DNA from: Perkinsus olseni
Lineage: Eukaryota
DNA: 58,916 nucleotides
Assembly (NCBI GenBank): GCA_013115125.1
Contig: JABANN010000005.1
Location: forward strand, 124,001 to 182,916
Reading direction: 5' to 3'
Positions 12,737-25,856 of the stretch are shown here, piece by piece. The first letter of the stretch is position 1. Each line of letters starts with the position of its first letter. Below the pieces are notes generated by a model. The model was not told the DNA's origin, did not search any database, and saw only the letters and a list, made by a program, of their open reading frames with translations. A program made the position numbers and the translations under genes.

Positions 12737-15700
12737 TCATTTGCCGGCTATGCGTCGAGATTTCCGATAGGCCCTGTCCTCTGCGTCAAGATCCCCAATC
12801 TCTCTACGCCTCTTCAATCTGACAGTGAAAGCCCATCCGATGCGCTGCAGGCTCGTGGTGCCCTACTCCTGCTTGGCCATCATAGCGGCCGATCGCGCCA
12901 CGCCAGCTTCGTCAACAGCAGTACTGGCGACGTCATACCTGAGTTGCCACGACTGAGTTGGGTACCAAACGACGAAACCGCCTACAGAAGATCTCTGAGG
13001 TCAACCAACAGCCGTCTGCTACTCGGGTCATGCACCAAGTAAGGTGCTTGAGCCTGACGAGAAGGACACATACGAGGTTGTAGGCCAGTGATCGACCTCG
13101 GCACTCCCCCCTACTGAACGAGGAGAGTGAAAGTCTGCCCATTTAGTACTTGAATGAGGCTAAGGCCCACTGATAGACAAAGCTCGATAGGCAGGCCACC
13201 CCTGATGGCTGCCTGCTGTGATTCAGGTACCGAGTGCAGGAAGGAGAGTAGATCCACTAGGACCGACAGGAGCCGTCTGGAGTAACTGAACAACAATGGT
13301 GATATGCACTGATCGTGTTGATGGTGCCCTATTACGTGACCGGAAGTGCTAGGACGACCTCCTGCATATCCGCTACTGGAATGGCAGCCATGATGCGTAG
13401 TGTCTGATAGACAAACGATAGTAGTAGCCATCATAGTACCATAAATCCCCCTACTTTAATAGACTCCTGTGGAGTAGACTTCCTCTCCTCAGCACCCTCA
13501 GACTGCTGCTCCTCTGTCGAGGCCTCTCTGACCTCATCAAGGGCCTCCATCAGCCTCTCCGCCGACTTAACCGTCTCCATAGTCCCTACAACAACGCCGT
13601 AACCAATATCACTGACAAACACTCCAGTACGTCTGGTAGGCCTGGCCATAGTGACCACCGCCGCTTCCCTAGCAGCCTCTTCCTCAAGCTGTCTATCCAA
13701 AGCTTCCTCTTGCTCCTGATACAACCACCACTGCACGCAATGGGCCTCCAGCAACAATACACGAAGTACCGTTTTTCTCGCAAAGCGAAAACCGCAAAAA
13801 TTTGAAATGAATTTTTTACAAGCGTTTTCACATCGCGGGTAAAAACCCCCCGTACCTCTTCTATAAACATCTGCTCATCACTTCTCTTCCACAGCCTTAT
13901 GGATCTATCGGCGCCTCCAGTAGCCAGCAACGCACCATCAGCATCGCACGCCACCGACCAAACGTCACCATTGTGACCAGGAAGGGAGGCTATCTCCTCC
14001 GACCTGCATACCACTCTTTTCACAACTCCCCACGGATAACAACCGCTACTACCTATCGCAATCCCAAAGCTTGAGCATGCCATCAACTTTACCAACACTA
14101 GCAAGATAGTGCGTGCCCGGGAGCCAGGAAATGCTCGTGACTGAGGACTCGTGGGCCCTCAAGGAATGAAGGCAATTACCTGACAACAACAGCAAACTAA
14201 GACAGTCTACAAGCGGGACCTTACCACACTTACCAAACTTAGGATGCCACAACTTGATATTCTTATCCGCTGAGCCCGAAGCAAGCAGCTGGCCATCATC
14301 AGAGAAGGCCACTGTGAGAACCTACAGGGCGAATTAATTCTGTGTGCAAATCGCAGAAATTGAGAATTGCCCATATGAGCAAAGTTGAACCGCCAATTCA
14401 TTTCGATGGGAGGAATTTGACGATATGTCGACCAACCGTTTCCTCGTTGTGAAGAGCGCGAAGTGCATCAGAGATAGAACTAGAACGAAATCAGCCGTAC
14501 GACTAGCTACAACCGAGAGCCTCTTACCGGCAGTTGATGACCGTAGAGTGTAAGGAACTGCTTCCCAGTATCAGCATAGACAACAGTAATAGTTGAATCA
14601 AGCATGCCTATCGCCAGGAATCTAACAAAGAAGACGTTTTACAGCGGGTGAATTTCTCCGGCACTACCTAGGAGCGTCAGCCTTCTTATCCTTAGGAGAC
14701 AGGGCCACACACAGACCATCATCGTTCAGCGTCAGCCGTTTGGACTCATCCTGTAATTAACATCACGCACATTCCCAGAGCTAACAGTACTACCTCTACG
14801 AAGATCGAAGACTCGTCCTCTAGGCTAGCAAAGTCAGTGGCATAATACCGCAATGTCTTATCGGCACCAACAGTAATGAAGTTGTCTGAAGGAAGGCAGT
14901 GCCAATGGTGACCGGAATCAGCAGAGTTACTTACCTTGTTCCTCAGGGTCATCGCAAATGCCGTATAAAGGCTGTCCTCCCTCAGACGCTAGTGTCTACA
15001 TACAACCACTACATGCCGTTGATGATTGTCGTATTGGTATTACTCTGCATCTGCACTCGCCTGTCTGCAGGTCATAGAGGACCAACGAGCCATCCTTGCT
15101 ACCACACACAACGTGCTGATTACCAGCGAACCACCGGGCGCAGAGAACTGACACAAGGCAAGATCAACCTAGGATTCCCTCAGTATTATTACCATAGCCG
15201 GTATTATCGATATGCCTTACACACTGCTTGGTACTCTGGGCTGTCCACACCCTCAAAGACTCGCCAGAGCAGGACAACAGCATAGTGCTGTCGGGCGAAA
15301 AAGACACGTACCTGCACTCCACGACGCTTGCCACACCTTAGTAAAATACACTGCTACCGGACAGCCTGTCGATGGCCATTAGCAACAACACTCATACGTC
15401 CTTTCTCGGCAGCGGCACTAGAATCATCATCCGCGGCTAGCTCCGCCGTCAAAGAAGGAATCTGTAGCGCGCATAAGCAACGCGTGATAAAATTACCATC
15501 CAAAGTTTTACCAAATGCAATGAGTTGTCCAGAAGGCCGACACAGACAGAATCCTTGTAAACAGACATCGATCCTATCTTGCCCGGGAAATGTACCAACT
15601 GAAGCATAGAAGAGAATCTTTAATAACCGAAACTCGTACCGCAACTCTACCTTATCACGCAGTTTGAATAGCTCAGCCGCTGTCATTGCCTTTTCAGGAC

Positions 15701-18314
15701 TGTCGTCTTCTCCCTGGGGTTGCATCGATTGTTCGTTGTTGCCTGCCGTGGATCCCTCGACCGATCGATGGCAAACTTCGCTCCCTACCATCCTGTCCTG
15801 TGGCCGCCGCCTTCTGTTTCTTAGCAGCCTTTTCTCTCTTCCTTCGCTGTACTCTTTTACGGTACTTATCAGTGAGCTAACATCATCTAAGCCGTACCAC
15901 ACCTCGCCATATTCCCAGCTACACTACCATATCAAACACCTCCACTGTCCTCCCAACTGCCTGAGCAAGCAGCCGGCTACCGTCCTCAGTGAAGGCCAAC
16001 GTGCCTGATAATGACGCACAGTATCGTCCACACTCAAACTTCGTGAAGAAGCAATCTAGCTCGCAGTGAGAAGACATTCGGTTAGAGGGCTCAGATTGAG
16101 CGTCGCCGTAGTTAGAACGAATAGTACTATAATACATCATACCACATCACGTGCAACACTGCCGAGTTCATTGCATGCATCCCCGTGTATCATCATATCA
16201 GTCAACCCTCCCTAGATTTGAGTATAAACTGATCTATACTACAATTATGTGAGAATAGCGGAGTTTCACGATCTGAAAAACACTAGGGAAAACACATCTC
16301 AAATTTCACATCGCGATTTTGGCTATTTTCACTTTGCGAAAAACGGTGAAACTCCAGTGTATATCCAGTCGAGAACACGCGTACCAACCATTTCTTACCA
16401 ACTCGCTTCTTCATGCCAGACTGCCCGCTTCCCCTATCCAAAGGTCCGATGAACTTCATCATATCACCGGTGGCATCCAGCCCACCGCCAGAAGACAGAG
16501 ACAGAGCCGAGACAGTGTACCTACTGCCCTTACTAGACGCTACAACACTTCTCCCGTTACTACATGTAGAGCTTCTGATCAACCCCGCCAGTTACTATCA
16601 CAACAGTACCGCTGTTAGGAGCCCCTTCAACAGCCTGGGAGGGGCTCACCATCATCATCACTGACGCCACTGACCACAGTTCCCCACGAGACTCGCCACC
16701 TGGGAAGGAAGGGATGCCGCAGTCGAGTAGAGTGGAGAGCTGCCCTACAGGTTTGGACGCAAATCTGCGTGCCGACGCTCCAAAGCTTGCAGGTGGTATC
16801 TTTGGATACGCTCACTACGTAGGCCAAGGACGCATCAGGCGACTCGTTTTCATGCAGTAGTGCCTGAAGGCAGTGGTCTTGTCTAAAGCCCATCTCTAAT
16901 ACTACTGGTGCTACCACTACTACCACTACTACCCAGTCAGTGACTAAACGCTTCAATCGACCAGGGGACGTGCGCGCCTCGAGTAACGTTGAAGTCATGC
17001 CATTTCGCATCCCTCCGAAAGCGCTCCTATCCACCACCACGATCCTCAAAAACTTCCTCGACAAATTTCAACCATATCAATGTCTCCTGAGACCCCGCTT
17101 CAATGCTCTACTACCAAATCGGTAACTTGATCCTTGTGTCCACTTAGTCGACACATACCAGTCTCCGCTACCACATCCCATACAATAACGTCATTATCAG
17201 CACCACCAGAACCTACAGCAAGGCGAACGAGATGGCGATTGACAGCAGTCGAAGGAGATGAGAGCTTACAAAGCTGGAAGCCTCCTCGAGAGAACTTGAG
17301 GACGTTAACGGCTGTCCGATGGCCCATGAAGGACACTTCAGGCGACCATACCCCCTCCACTGAGCCTGGCCTTGTCTCCTCGTAGGCGAAGATACGAATC
17401 GAACCTACAAATAGCATACACAAAGGCAGCAGCGAAGTAGGGAAACACTACCATCACTATATCCAACAGCCATCTTCGCGCCAGTCCAGCCACTAGCTGT
17501 AGTACTAGGTATGAATAAATCAGATAATGACGTCACCTGGGGGATAACGGTGCGGGGGCGAGGGGTCGTTGAATCAATCAATGTATTGTCAGTACACTGC
17601 CTCCTCAGTTATACTTCTGCCCGTTCGGAAAGGTGTGGTATAAACGCGCCTACCTGTGGAGGCCTCTTCTGGAGCTCATCCTTTCCCAAGGGAACTTCCA
17701 TAACGCCCTTAATCGTCTGTGTTCTGATGTCCCATATCGTGACTGTATCGTTGGTCGGACAGAAGGCGTACCGGGCCGCTGTCTGGGATGGAGAGTTACC
17801 GCTGGTTACCACAACGTTGCCTGAAAACACATACGAAAAAGAGTACCAAATTTTCCGCATCATTCCGGCTAGCCATTGGACATCGCTAGTAACGCCATAC
17901 CTGCTACCAGGCAGTCAGCCCAGAATCGGCCAAAAATAATAACGTGGACTCAGGGAATCAGCAAAGCGTGAAAAAATGTTCGCCTAGGAACATCTTTTTC
18001 ACTAAGTTTTCACTTCCCAAATGTATCGTGAATTGGTTAGGTTCCGGCTCTTCACAAAAGGCATTTCTCCACTGAACGTGCCACCGATCAAATGGAGCTC
18101 GTGATTTGCGCAAAATATGGTATCCTAACACAATCTCGAATAAGTAGCGTTATTTCATCGGGCACTTAACGGTATCAAACTACTTTCGTGAGGAAGTTGA
18201 ATAGCGCGAAACCCGAACCCTTGACTAGTGGTGAAATCCCAGTAAACTACCTTGTTGGCTGACGATGGCTCCTAAGGCACCCTCCCCTTTGTATCTTAGG
18301 TAGGCCTTGGGCAT
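12737..18314 (-). CDS. UTP12: WD40-repeat SSU processome protein Utp12/Dip2/WDR3; multi-exon
   Basis: N-terminus MPKAYLRYKGEGALGAIVS at 18314. Many WD repeats: GHRTAVNVLKF, GSGGADNDVIVWDVVAETGMCRLSGHKDQVT, LASGSADKNIKLW, AHESSVTSI, GHNGDVWSV, TGGADRSIRLW. Utp12-type TMETVKSAERLMEALD. Stop inferred at 12737. Confidence 0.9.
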
Positions 18315-18959
18315 TCACAGAATCAACCTACTTGAAAGGGTGAGAAGGGCGCTTAGAAAACCAATTCGAATCGAGTCTGTATTTTACTGAACAGGGGCTG
18401 CGGCGCGCGCGGTAGAAGGCCGATGCACGAAGCATAATTTGCCTAACTGCATAAAAATTCACAATTCTTAGCGGAGCGATGCACGAGTTGCTGAGCGGCG
18501 TCACAGAGCGGTAATTCCCAAAGAGAAGTCATCGAATTAAATTAAGCTTCCCCGACAGACACATGCTGAAGGCAACGAAAAGGGAGAGGTGCGGTAATAT
18601 TATTCTCATACTTATGCTAGTTGCGTTGGAAAGTTGGTTGGTCAGCTCGTCTACGAGCCGCGGAAATCCCTGTTGTGATTTCCGAATGGTGCGGTATTAG
18701 CATGAGGGATTGAACACTGTATTATGAGAGTATCCGAGGTTGAAGGTGGTATAAGATACTGTTAATAAGAATCTTTCTAAGCAGTTTGTTAATGACGGTC
18801 ATCGACCTAAGATGCCACCACACGGCATATAACTAAAGCGATGTTCGTCGAAGCTGCGGGTCGCGTTCTCTCGTTCCTCCCACTGCTCAGAAGCGTCCAA
18901 AAGCAGCTGAGTGGATCGCTAACATTGTGTCTCGGAAGTGTCTCGCTTGACTGCCTTCT

Positions 18960-20030
18960 GGCATCCAGTGAGCCCGGCTCAGTAGGTGCTTATCGCGGCA
19001 TTCGTCGTCTCCAGTGCGGCAGAGCCGCCAACTTTAGCGACTCGGAAATTGTAACTCGCGCCGGTTTTGCCCTTTTCTTCCTGTGCGGCAAACGTCTTCA
19101 CGCTTTGGCATGAATTTTGGGAGGAGCTCGGTTGCGTGACAGCGGGAGGGTGTTGAGTTGCAGTACCATTACCAGAGTCGATGATGGTGTTAGTTGTTCC
19201 TAGTATCAGTCCTGCCATGGCAGCGGCACTAACGTCCCGAGCGTCTCCCTCGTTAAATAACGTATCCGCAGCAGCACGTTCTTCCACTACTGGCGTCGTC
19301 ACGCTGGACGATGCTGAGGAGGAGGAAGCGAAGAAGGCCAGTAGTCACAACCCTCTCACGAACGACGATGATCATGATATGATGGACGGGCAGTTTGTAG
19401 GAGGGCAGTGGAACAGACTTTCGTACCACTCCAAACGGAACTTCTTGTAGATCCTACCTGACTCCGTCATAGTTGAGTTTGAAGCTGATGATGAGGCTAC
19501 TGAACCTCAAATAAAAGAGGCTGCTGCCAGAAGGGAACGAAGTAGTAGTGATGATGATAGTGATGGAAGTTGGTTTTTTGAGTGAGGGAACGGTATACCA
19601 GCGGTACGGTCGTATCTTCCTCGACCCAGGGGTAGTTAGTTTCTTTCATTTTCATAGAGCGTTCAGTGATAGTTGTAGTAGTCGTGGTTTCAATAGTTAT
19701 TTATGGGGCGCAATGGCACAAATTTACCCTAATTCAAGGCGCGCAAGTCCCCTAGATGGATATAAGCGCTTACTGACCGAGGTTGCAATAGTAGTGAAGG
19801 TAGTACCGAGTACAACAACATGTCCTATCGCAGGCCGCAGCTCTAGTCGTCCCCGCAGGCGTTCTGGCATCAGTGCCAGCCCACCACTGTGCCCTCAGAG
19901 CAGGTAATAATAGTGCTATAGCAAGCGGTGGTAGTTCGGTTGTGCTGTCAGATACCTCCTCTGGAGTTGTGTCCGAAGCGACTCTGAGGCTGAGCCTTCC
20001 CCTGTTCTCAACTAGTAAGCCCATACCATT
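18960..20030 (-). CDS. Possible multi-exon hypothetical protein
   Basis: GC-rich coding-like segments (ORFs 18979-19302 and 19770-20024) separated by intron-like stretches. No recognised family. Confidence 0.25.
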
Positions 20031-20231
20031 ACTACCACCACTTTAATGAGAATAGAGTTATTTTACCCTTTTTTCATCAGAACTTCCCGTCTGGTACCGA
20101 CACTGCCGATTATACTTATGTTTTTTGTCTAGTATACTCGCCTCCGCATCGATTCAAGCTACGTACTACGCCCAGTAGAATGAGTATTTTCTTGCATAGA
20201 ATTATCAAATTCAATCACCGTGAACTTAACT

Positions 20232-20264
20232 AATCACTAATACCTGATACTGGTATTAGTGATT
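20232..20264. other. Perfect 13-bp inverted repeat with a 7-nt loop
   Basis: AATCACTAATACC-TGATACT-GGTATTAGTGATT, just upstream of the eIF4E-family gene. Confidence 0.85.
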
Positions 20265-20444
20265 GCGCCGATACGGATTGTCGATAACTCTTTCTTAATA
20301 TAAGCGTCGAATACAGTCCTTAATCTAATGGAATCCGCTTTAGGCTTCGACCATAGGACTTATTCTGTCACCTTTCAGCCGGAGAGACCCCGATCGTTCG
20401 CCTGCAAGTGCCGCTGCTGGTGGCGCGTATCAAGTACCTCCACC

Positions 20445-21994
20445 ATGGCTTGCTTCTTCAAGTGGCAACGCTGCAGCGAGGGAGGCTGTAGCTCTCCTCA
20501 AGGTGAGATGATTCCTGATAATAAAGGGCATGATGGGCGTGTTTGCTGTTGTAGGCTAAACAGAAGTCCCGATCTAGACAGGCCGCGGACAAGGCCTGTC
20601 AGAGCACCGCTCCCGAGGAGGGAGGGACTGATGAAAACAACGTCAACGTCACAAACGATATTCAGAACTCAACCAGTGAAATTCATCACGCATCAGCAAC
20701 TGCCTTGAAGAGCAGAAGGCGAAGACGTGGCCGACTGGTATGACTCGAGGTCGTCGTTGACCCCTCGCAGAGTTCTTCTAGGTGCAACAAGGAACGGAGG
20801 CGGAACCGGAGACACCTCAGGAGGCAGGTGAAAAGGAGAATCTTGTGGAAGAAGCAAAGGCGAAGCTGGATGAGGAGACGAAAACTACACCGGAAGTTAA
20901 GGAAGGTATGCTCGTAGATGTCGCTCCTCTCACGAGGCGAGGGTCGATAACGATCCCTGTAGTTGATCTTGCTGCTGCTGATGATCATGCAACAGCCGAC
21001 GTCGCCGCTCCTGAAAAAGAGATTGCGGAGGGAACTCCTTTATTCGATACTTTTACTATTTGGTAAGGCGGATATGATTCTCTCTAGTAGCATCAAAGTC
21101 CACGGAAGGTACGACCCTGGCGCCCACGGTGGAGCATGCAATCCGACTGGACCGCGAGATTCCGACGAGTACACTCGGGGCCTCGTACGTCTAGGTAGTG
21201 CTTTGCAAGCTTGGTGCTTGCGTTCCACAGTCTTTGTTCTCAGGTGATGTGAAGACGGTCGAGGGGTTCTGGCGGTTCTGGAACTCGATCGACCTTATGA
21301 AGTTGCCTAAGTACAGCACGATATCTGTTTTCAAGAATGGTATTCAACCAGCATGGGAAGACGAAAGCAATCAGTACGCCACACCATCGCCAGCGTCTCA
21401 CTTGAGCGCATCTCATTTTAGGGAAGGTGGCCGGTGGGTGGTGAAGGGCCTCTGCAGATCCGACAGCAAGGAGTACTACTCAACATGTGTCCTGGCACTA
21501 CTGGGCAACCTTTTCACTGCTCCGCAGAAGATGGTAATAACAACAACAGCAACCGTAACTTCACGGTCATTAGTTGTTTACTTACTTCCAGAACGGTATT
21601 GTCCTATCGGTTCGGCCGAGAGGAAATACCATAGCCCTTTGGAACTCTATAGTAGACCCCGAGTTGTTCGAGGTAAGTCTGGAAGTGGCAGTATATAGTA
21701 GTGCCATGCTCTTGCGGCGTAGGTCATTGATTGGGAACTGCGTTCCATCGCCCCTGAGGATATGCAGGAGACGGTCGAGGTTGAGTACAGGGACCACAGG
21801 GGGGCCATCAACCACAATATGAGGAAGCTTGGTACTACCAACCACTGTAAATATCCTTTTTCGGTTGCAATTTTGCTGTACTGCAATGAAGAACCGATGA
21901 TGATCGTTGATCATCGTCACCGTTCTTGCGTCTATGGAAATGATTCACAACACTAGAGTAGTATCAGCTGTGCTTTCCAGTTGTCGTCCAGTGA
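20445..21994 (+). CDS. Translation initiation factor eIF4E-family cap-binding protein with an acidic N-terminal extension; multi-exon
   Basis: TPLFDTFTI, VKTVEGFWRFWNSI, SVFKNGIQPAWED, GGRWVV, NGIVLSVRPRGNTIALWN, EYRDH. Start and stop were inferred by splicing by eye. Confidence 0.88.
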
Positions 21995-23694
21995 GCAACA
22001 ACACAACAACGAATTGTGGCAGATATCAACAGATGTCACGCAGTCTGTTGTTCGATGCGCCTAGCGAAGTTTTTATGTCACTCAGGCAGTGGAGCTTCGC
22101 ATTGGCGGTTATGCACTGGTATGGAGAACGCGGCCGGATCTATGATGATGACACCCGGTGAGATGTGGGTGGAAATCCAGCACGATATTTTGTTTTTGGG
22201 GACCTCAAGGAGGAAATTTCCGGAATTTCCACTAAGATGCTCCGGAAAATGAGCCACTTTCGAGGAAATTGGCACTTTGTAGGAAATCGCAAGCGGAGCC
22301 TTGGCAAATGCGAGGGGCTTTAGAATTTCAGATATTTTGCGTTTATTTTCGGCCGGTTCCCACCACCTCCCACGCCAGGTACATGGACTCTCGATACGCC
22401 AGAGATATGGACTCCTGATGGAGTATGTGACCTCTCATGCGCGGAAGCTCAGCAGACATATCTGTGCTGCCCGGGCGTGGATGAAAGTGCTCTATCCAAC
22501 TGCTTTTGGGAAGATTATTATTCGAATGTGTAAGGCCGACTAAAGTTTCTTCTCTATCGTGGTAGGCTTCCCTTCGTTGACCAGTATAGGGACTGTCGGG
22601 CTAGTCTTAAAACTAAGTCTACGTGGAGATGACACGTTGTACATCAGGTACAGTACTGCGGCTGAGTGATCGAAGAACAGCAAGCACACCAAGACGTAAT
22701 ATGTTGTAGTTGACATAGCATTTGTATTTATATATGTAAATGAGAGACAAGCAGAATGATCAGTTCTTACCATTTTCTTCGACTAGACACTTCTGTTTCT
22801 GGCTTGTTTGTACTGGCATCGTCTCATCATCGAAGACAGTTCGGCTTGAGTTCGAAGCCCTATGGATCAAGAGGTTACGGGGAACCCTTTGAAGAGCACT
22901 TTGACCAGTTTAAAGTTCGGCGCCGTCGCCAGTTTAGCTGGACTTGACGCCGATGTGCTAGCAATTGAACGATGAGTTCTGCGTTGCGTTATTCAGTTAA
23001 CCCGAATGATACAGTTCATTGCCTTTGCGTGCCTAACCTCGACTCGAACACAAGACACCACAGGATTGGGCTATCATCTGGACTCAGCGGTTCGATGAAG
23101 CAGATATACAGCAATATCCATATACAACCGCCGACCAAGCACGACAGGGCACTGTGCTGATATACATCAATGGATCGGACGCTGAACCTGCCCCGTACAA
23201 AGAAAGAAAAAAATCGGTGTGTTGGGCACACTCGCCACGGTAACTGGTCTGAGCGTCACAGCATGCGTGGAACGAATGGTCAGAGCGCGCGCAAGAGTCC
23301 TGCAATGGGCTGACACTTGCCGCTAGCTGAGACCGACAGAGTTGTTTGCCAAACACAAAATAAGGGACGAGCAAGGTGAGGTAACGACTCCGGCTCGAAC
23401 TGTACCTCCAAGCACACGTCCATTTCAATTCACTCTGGACTCGCCCCCGCATGGGTAACATGCTTAGGTGTCAGAAGAGGAACTGATGGGCTGATGGTGA
23501 TTGACGAACTATCGCGTCGAGTACTGTATGGTCGTTTCAAACGCAGAAGTCGACACAAAACGTTTGATGTACAGTTATAAGCCGATGTAGCTGGAGGTAT
23601 CATTTCATACTAACCCCGCCCGGATCAGTATAGGAGTCACTAAGAACACAACATCACCTTCAGGTAGCAGCACAAGCACGTGGATTCTCATGCA

Positions 23695-25031
23695 TCACAG
23701 CTCAGCCGACCTAGCAGCATCACCCGACCCTTGCCAGTACGGACGGTGGCCCAAACAGCACATCTCGAACCTGGGCACTCAGCTCACCAGTTAACCAGCC
23801 AATAACTTGAATTACGTGTGCGCTGCGTCCCAGCAGGCTGGGTTGCCACTAGGCCCGTACTTCTCGTCGCAGCACATGTCCTCCGTGAAGCCAGCGCCCC
23901 AGCAATTGTTCTCACCCTAGTACCAAAATCCCACGAATTCGTACCAGAGAATTGTGAAGCCCACCTGCGTCCACTTGCTGCGTCTTTCAGGAGCGGCCAA
24001 CCCGCATGCACGATTGCCACTGATAAACGTCGTGTTGTGCTCTCGGCCGTCGTCAGAGGTCCTGCACAGAGAGCCGGAAAGACATTCAGCCCACCCGTGG
24101 TGGCTCTTACCGCAGCCAGCACTTGGTGAGGCCATCTTCTTGACCGTAAGTCCAGAACTCGCAGTCAGGCAACTTGGCGCACGTCGATCCGCATTCGCTC
24201 GGCTCATTAACGATGAACTTATCAGTGAAGGAGCAATCAGACTGAAGAATGCGACTGATCTTGCAGAGAGAAAGACAGATCTACTCCAACAGAATACTGA
24301 AGACCTCAGGCAGCCGTGGTAGGGATGACTCACCGCATAGCAGCCGTCTATGGCATCACTACCGAAGACGGTCGCATCGAACCACACAGCTTTTCCAGCA
24401 TTCCGAATAATCGTTTCTTGCTCGATGCAGTCAGGCCAGATGGAGGGGGAGCATTCTCTGGCGCCCGAAGTGAAGTCCTGAAGGTGAGGATGCTTTCACA
24501 GCACCACCCAGCGCTTGCAGCCTGTTGTAAAAACATCAGCCGTGGAACCCCACCCGGCGGAACTCCTGCCCAGCTGTTTGCGCCCAAAGCCTGCACTTGT
24601 ACATCGTGGACTCCTGAGCACAGATCATCCTTAAGGGGCCTACGGGGTCGCCTACGATGCCAAACGTCCACTGCTGGCAATCGACGTTCTTAGAGCAGAC
24701 CATTGCGCAACTCGCCGCGTCCTTCACACCGAACTTAACCGTATCCGAGCATTTGTCAGGAGAGCACCCTGAAAGACACAGACGGGAGCCCGGGAAAGGC
24801 AGACGTGAAAGGGCACCTTCGGGCAGAGCGCCGTACTCGAGGAAGTTGGCCACGTTAATCTTCAGACCGTAATCTGACAGTCCAGAGGATTATCTTCCCC
24901 CCGCCATCCGTTCTGTCACCTTCCTCGCCCGTCATTGTTGTATCCGATACAACACATGCCGGAAAATCAACCACGCCTGCTGCTGCTGCTGCCAGCCCTG
25001 GTAGGAGTATGTTGCAGAAAGCTGTACGCAT
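23695..25031 (-). CDS. Secreted Cys-rich protein with two PAN/apple-like domains and a C-terminal CW..CC module
   Basis: Signal-like MRTAFCNILLPGLAAAAAG. Repeats SCAMVCSKNVDCQQWTF and ECGSTCAKLPDCEFWTYGQEDGLTKCWLR. Tail CWGAGFTEDMCC..GNPACWDAAHT-FEMCC, ending ...RSAEL*. Confidence 0.7.
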
Positions 25032-25202
25032 GAGAAATTCTACTGCGGGTGTCAAAAAAAACAGAATGAACCTTTTCAAGGCAAGACGAGATGCTGTGTG
25101 CCTATCATGATTTCCAACTGAAGGCATTCTCAAGGCGCTAGAAGCCCTCTAACGAATGCGTGCCACTGTGTAGAGAGCATAGCTGATGGCGGGCCAGTTC
25201 TC

Positions 25203-25268
25203 AGCCATTCTCGGCCTCCCACACCGAACAGTGAGGAAGCTAAGCCCACACTGGTGCACTCAGAGTGA
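25203..25268 (+). repeat. Dispersed ~65-bp repeat, intergenic copy
   Basis: gccattctcggcc...gaagctaagcccacactggtgcactcagagtga matches 7561-7626. Confidence 0.75.
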
Positions 25269-25856
25269 TTCCGCCTGAATAGAAACGGTGACTATCTTAA
25301 GTCTATGACATATCCCATGGACTCTCGCCCTCTCAAGTGATAGGCTCATCGGATAGGACATCAGCTCTGATTGGATCATGTCGTCGGGCTTTTAGTCTGT
25401 CTGTGAGAGACTATTATCCAACGCCGATACCGGCCTATTAGGCTTTTACCGATGTTCTCAGACGGTCCGGCGGGATATCTCGCACTCCCAGTTGAGCCGC
25501 TTACAATGACGACAGCCTTGCGCCAAGCGGTAGCTGCAGCCCACTATGATCAGAGACCTCCGGCAACCCCCTACGATGGCCGCCTTATTGACCTAACTGC
25601 ACGCAACACGTCCCCGGGTGAAAGAAAATCTAATACGGATCATGGCTGATAGACTGAGGTAATACTGATAATGATAATTCATTCACTCCTCTGCATGTTC
25701 GGATGGTCGGATGGGTGGTACTGTATCCCAACCCTGACCTGCAAAGCATCAACCGAAGCCATCGATCGAGACAGCCCCAGCCAGCCTACTGGAAAAACAT
25801 CTACGGCCTTCCATGGACTAATAATAATTCCTGCGACCGCCGTAGGAGCGAGGCGA

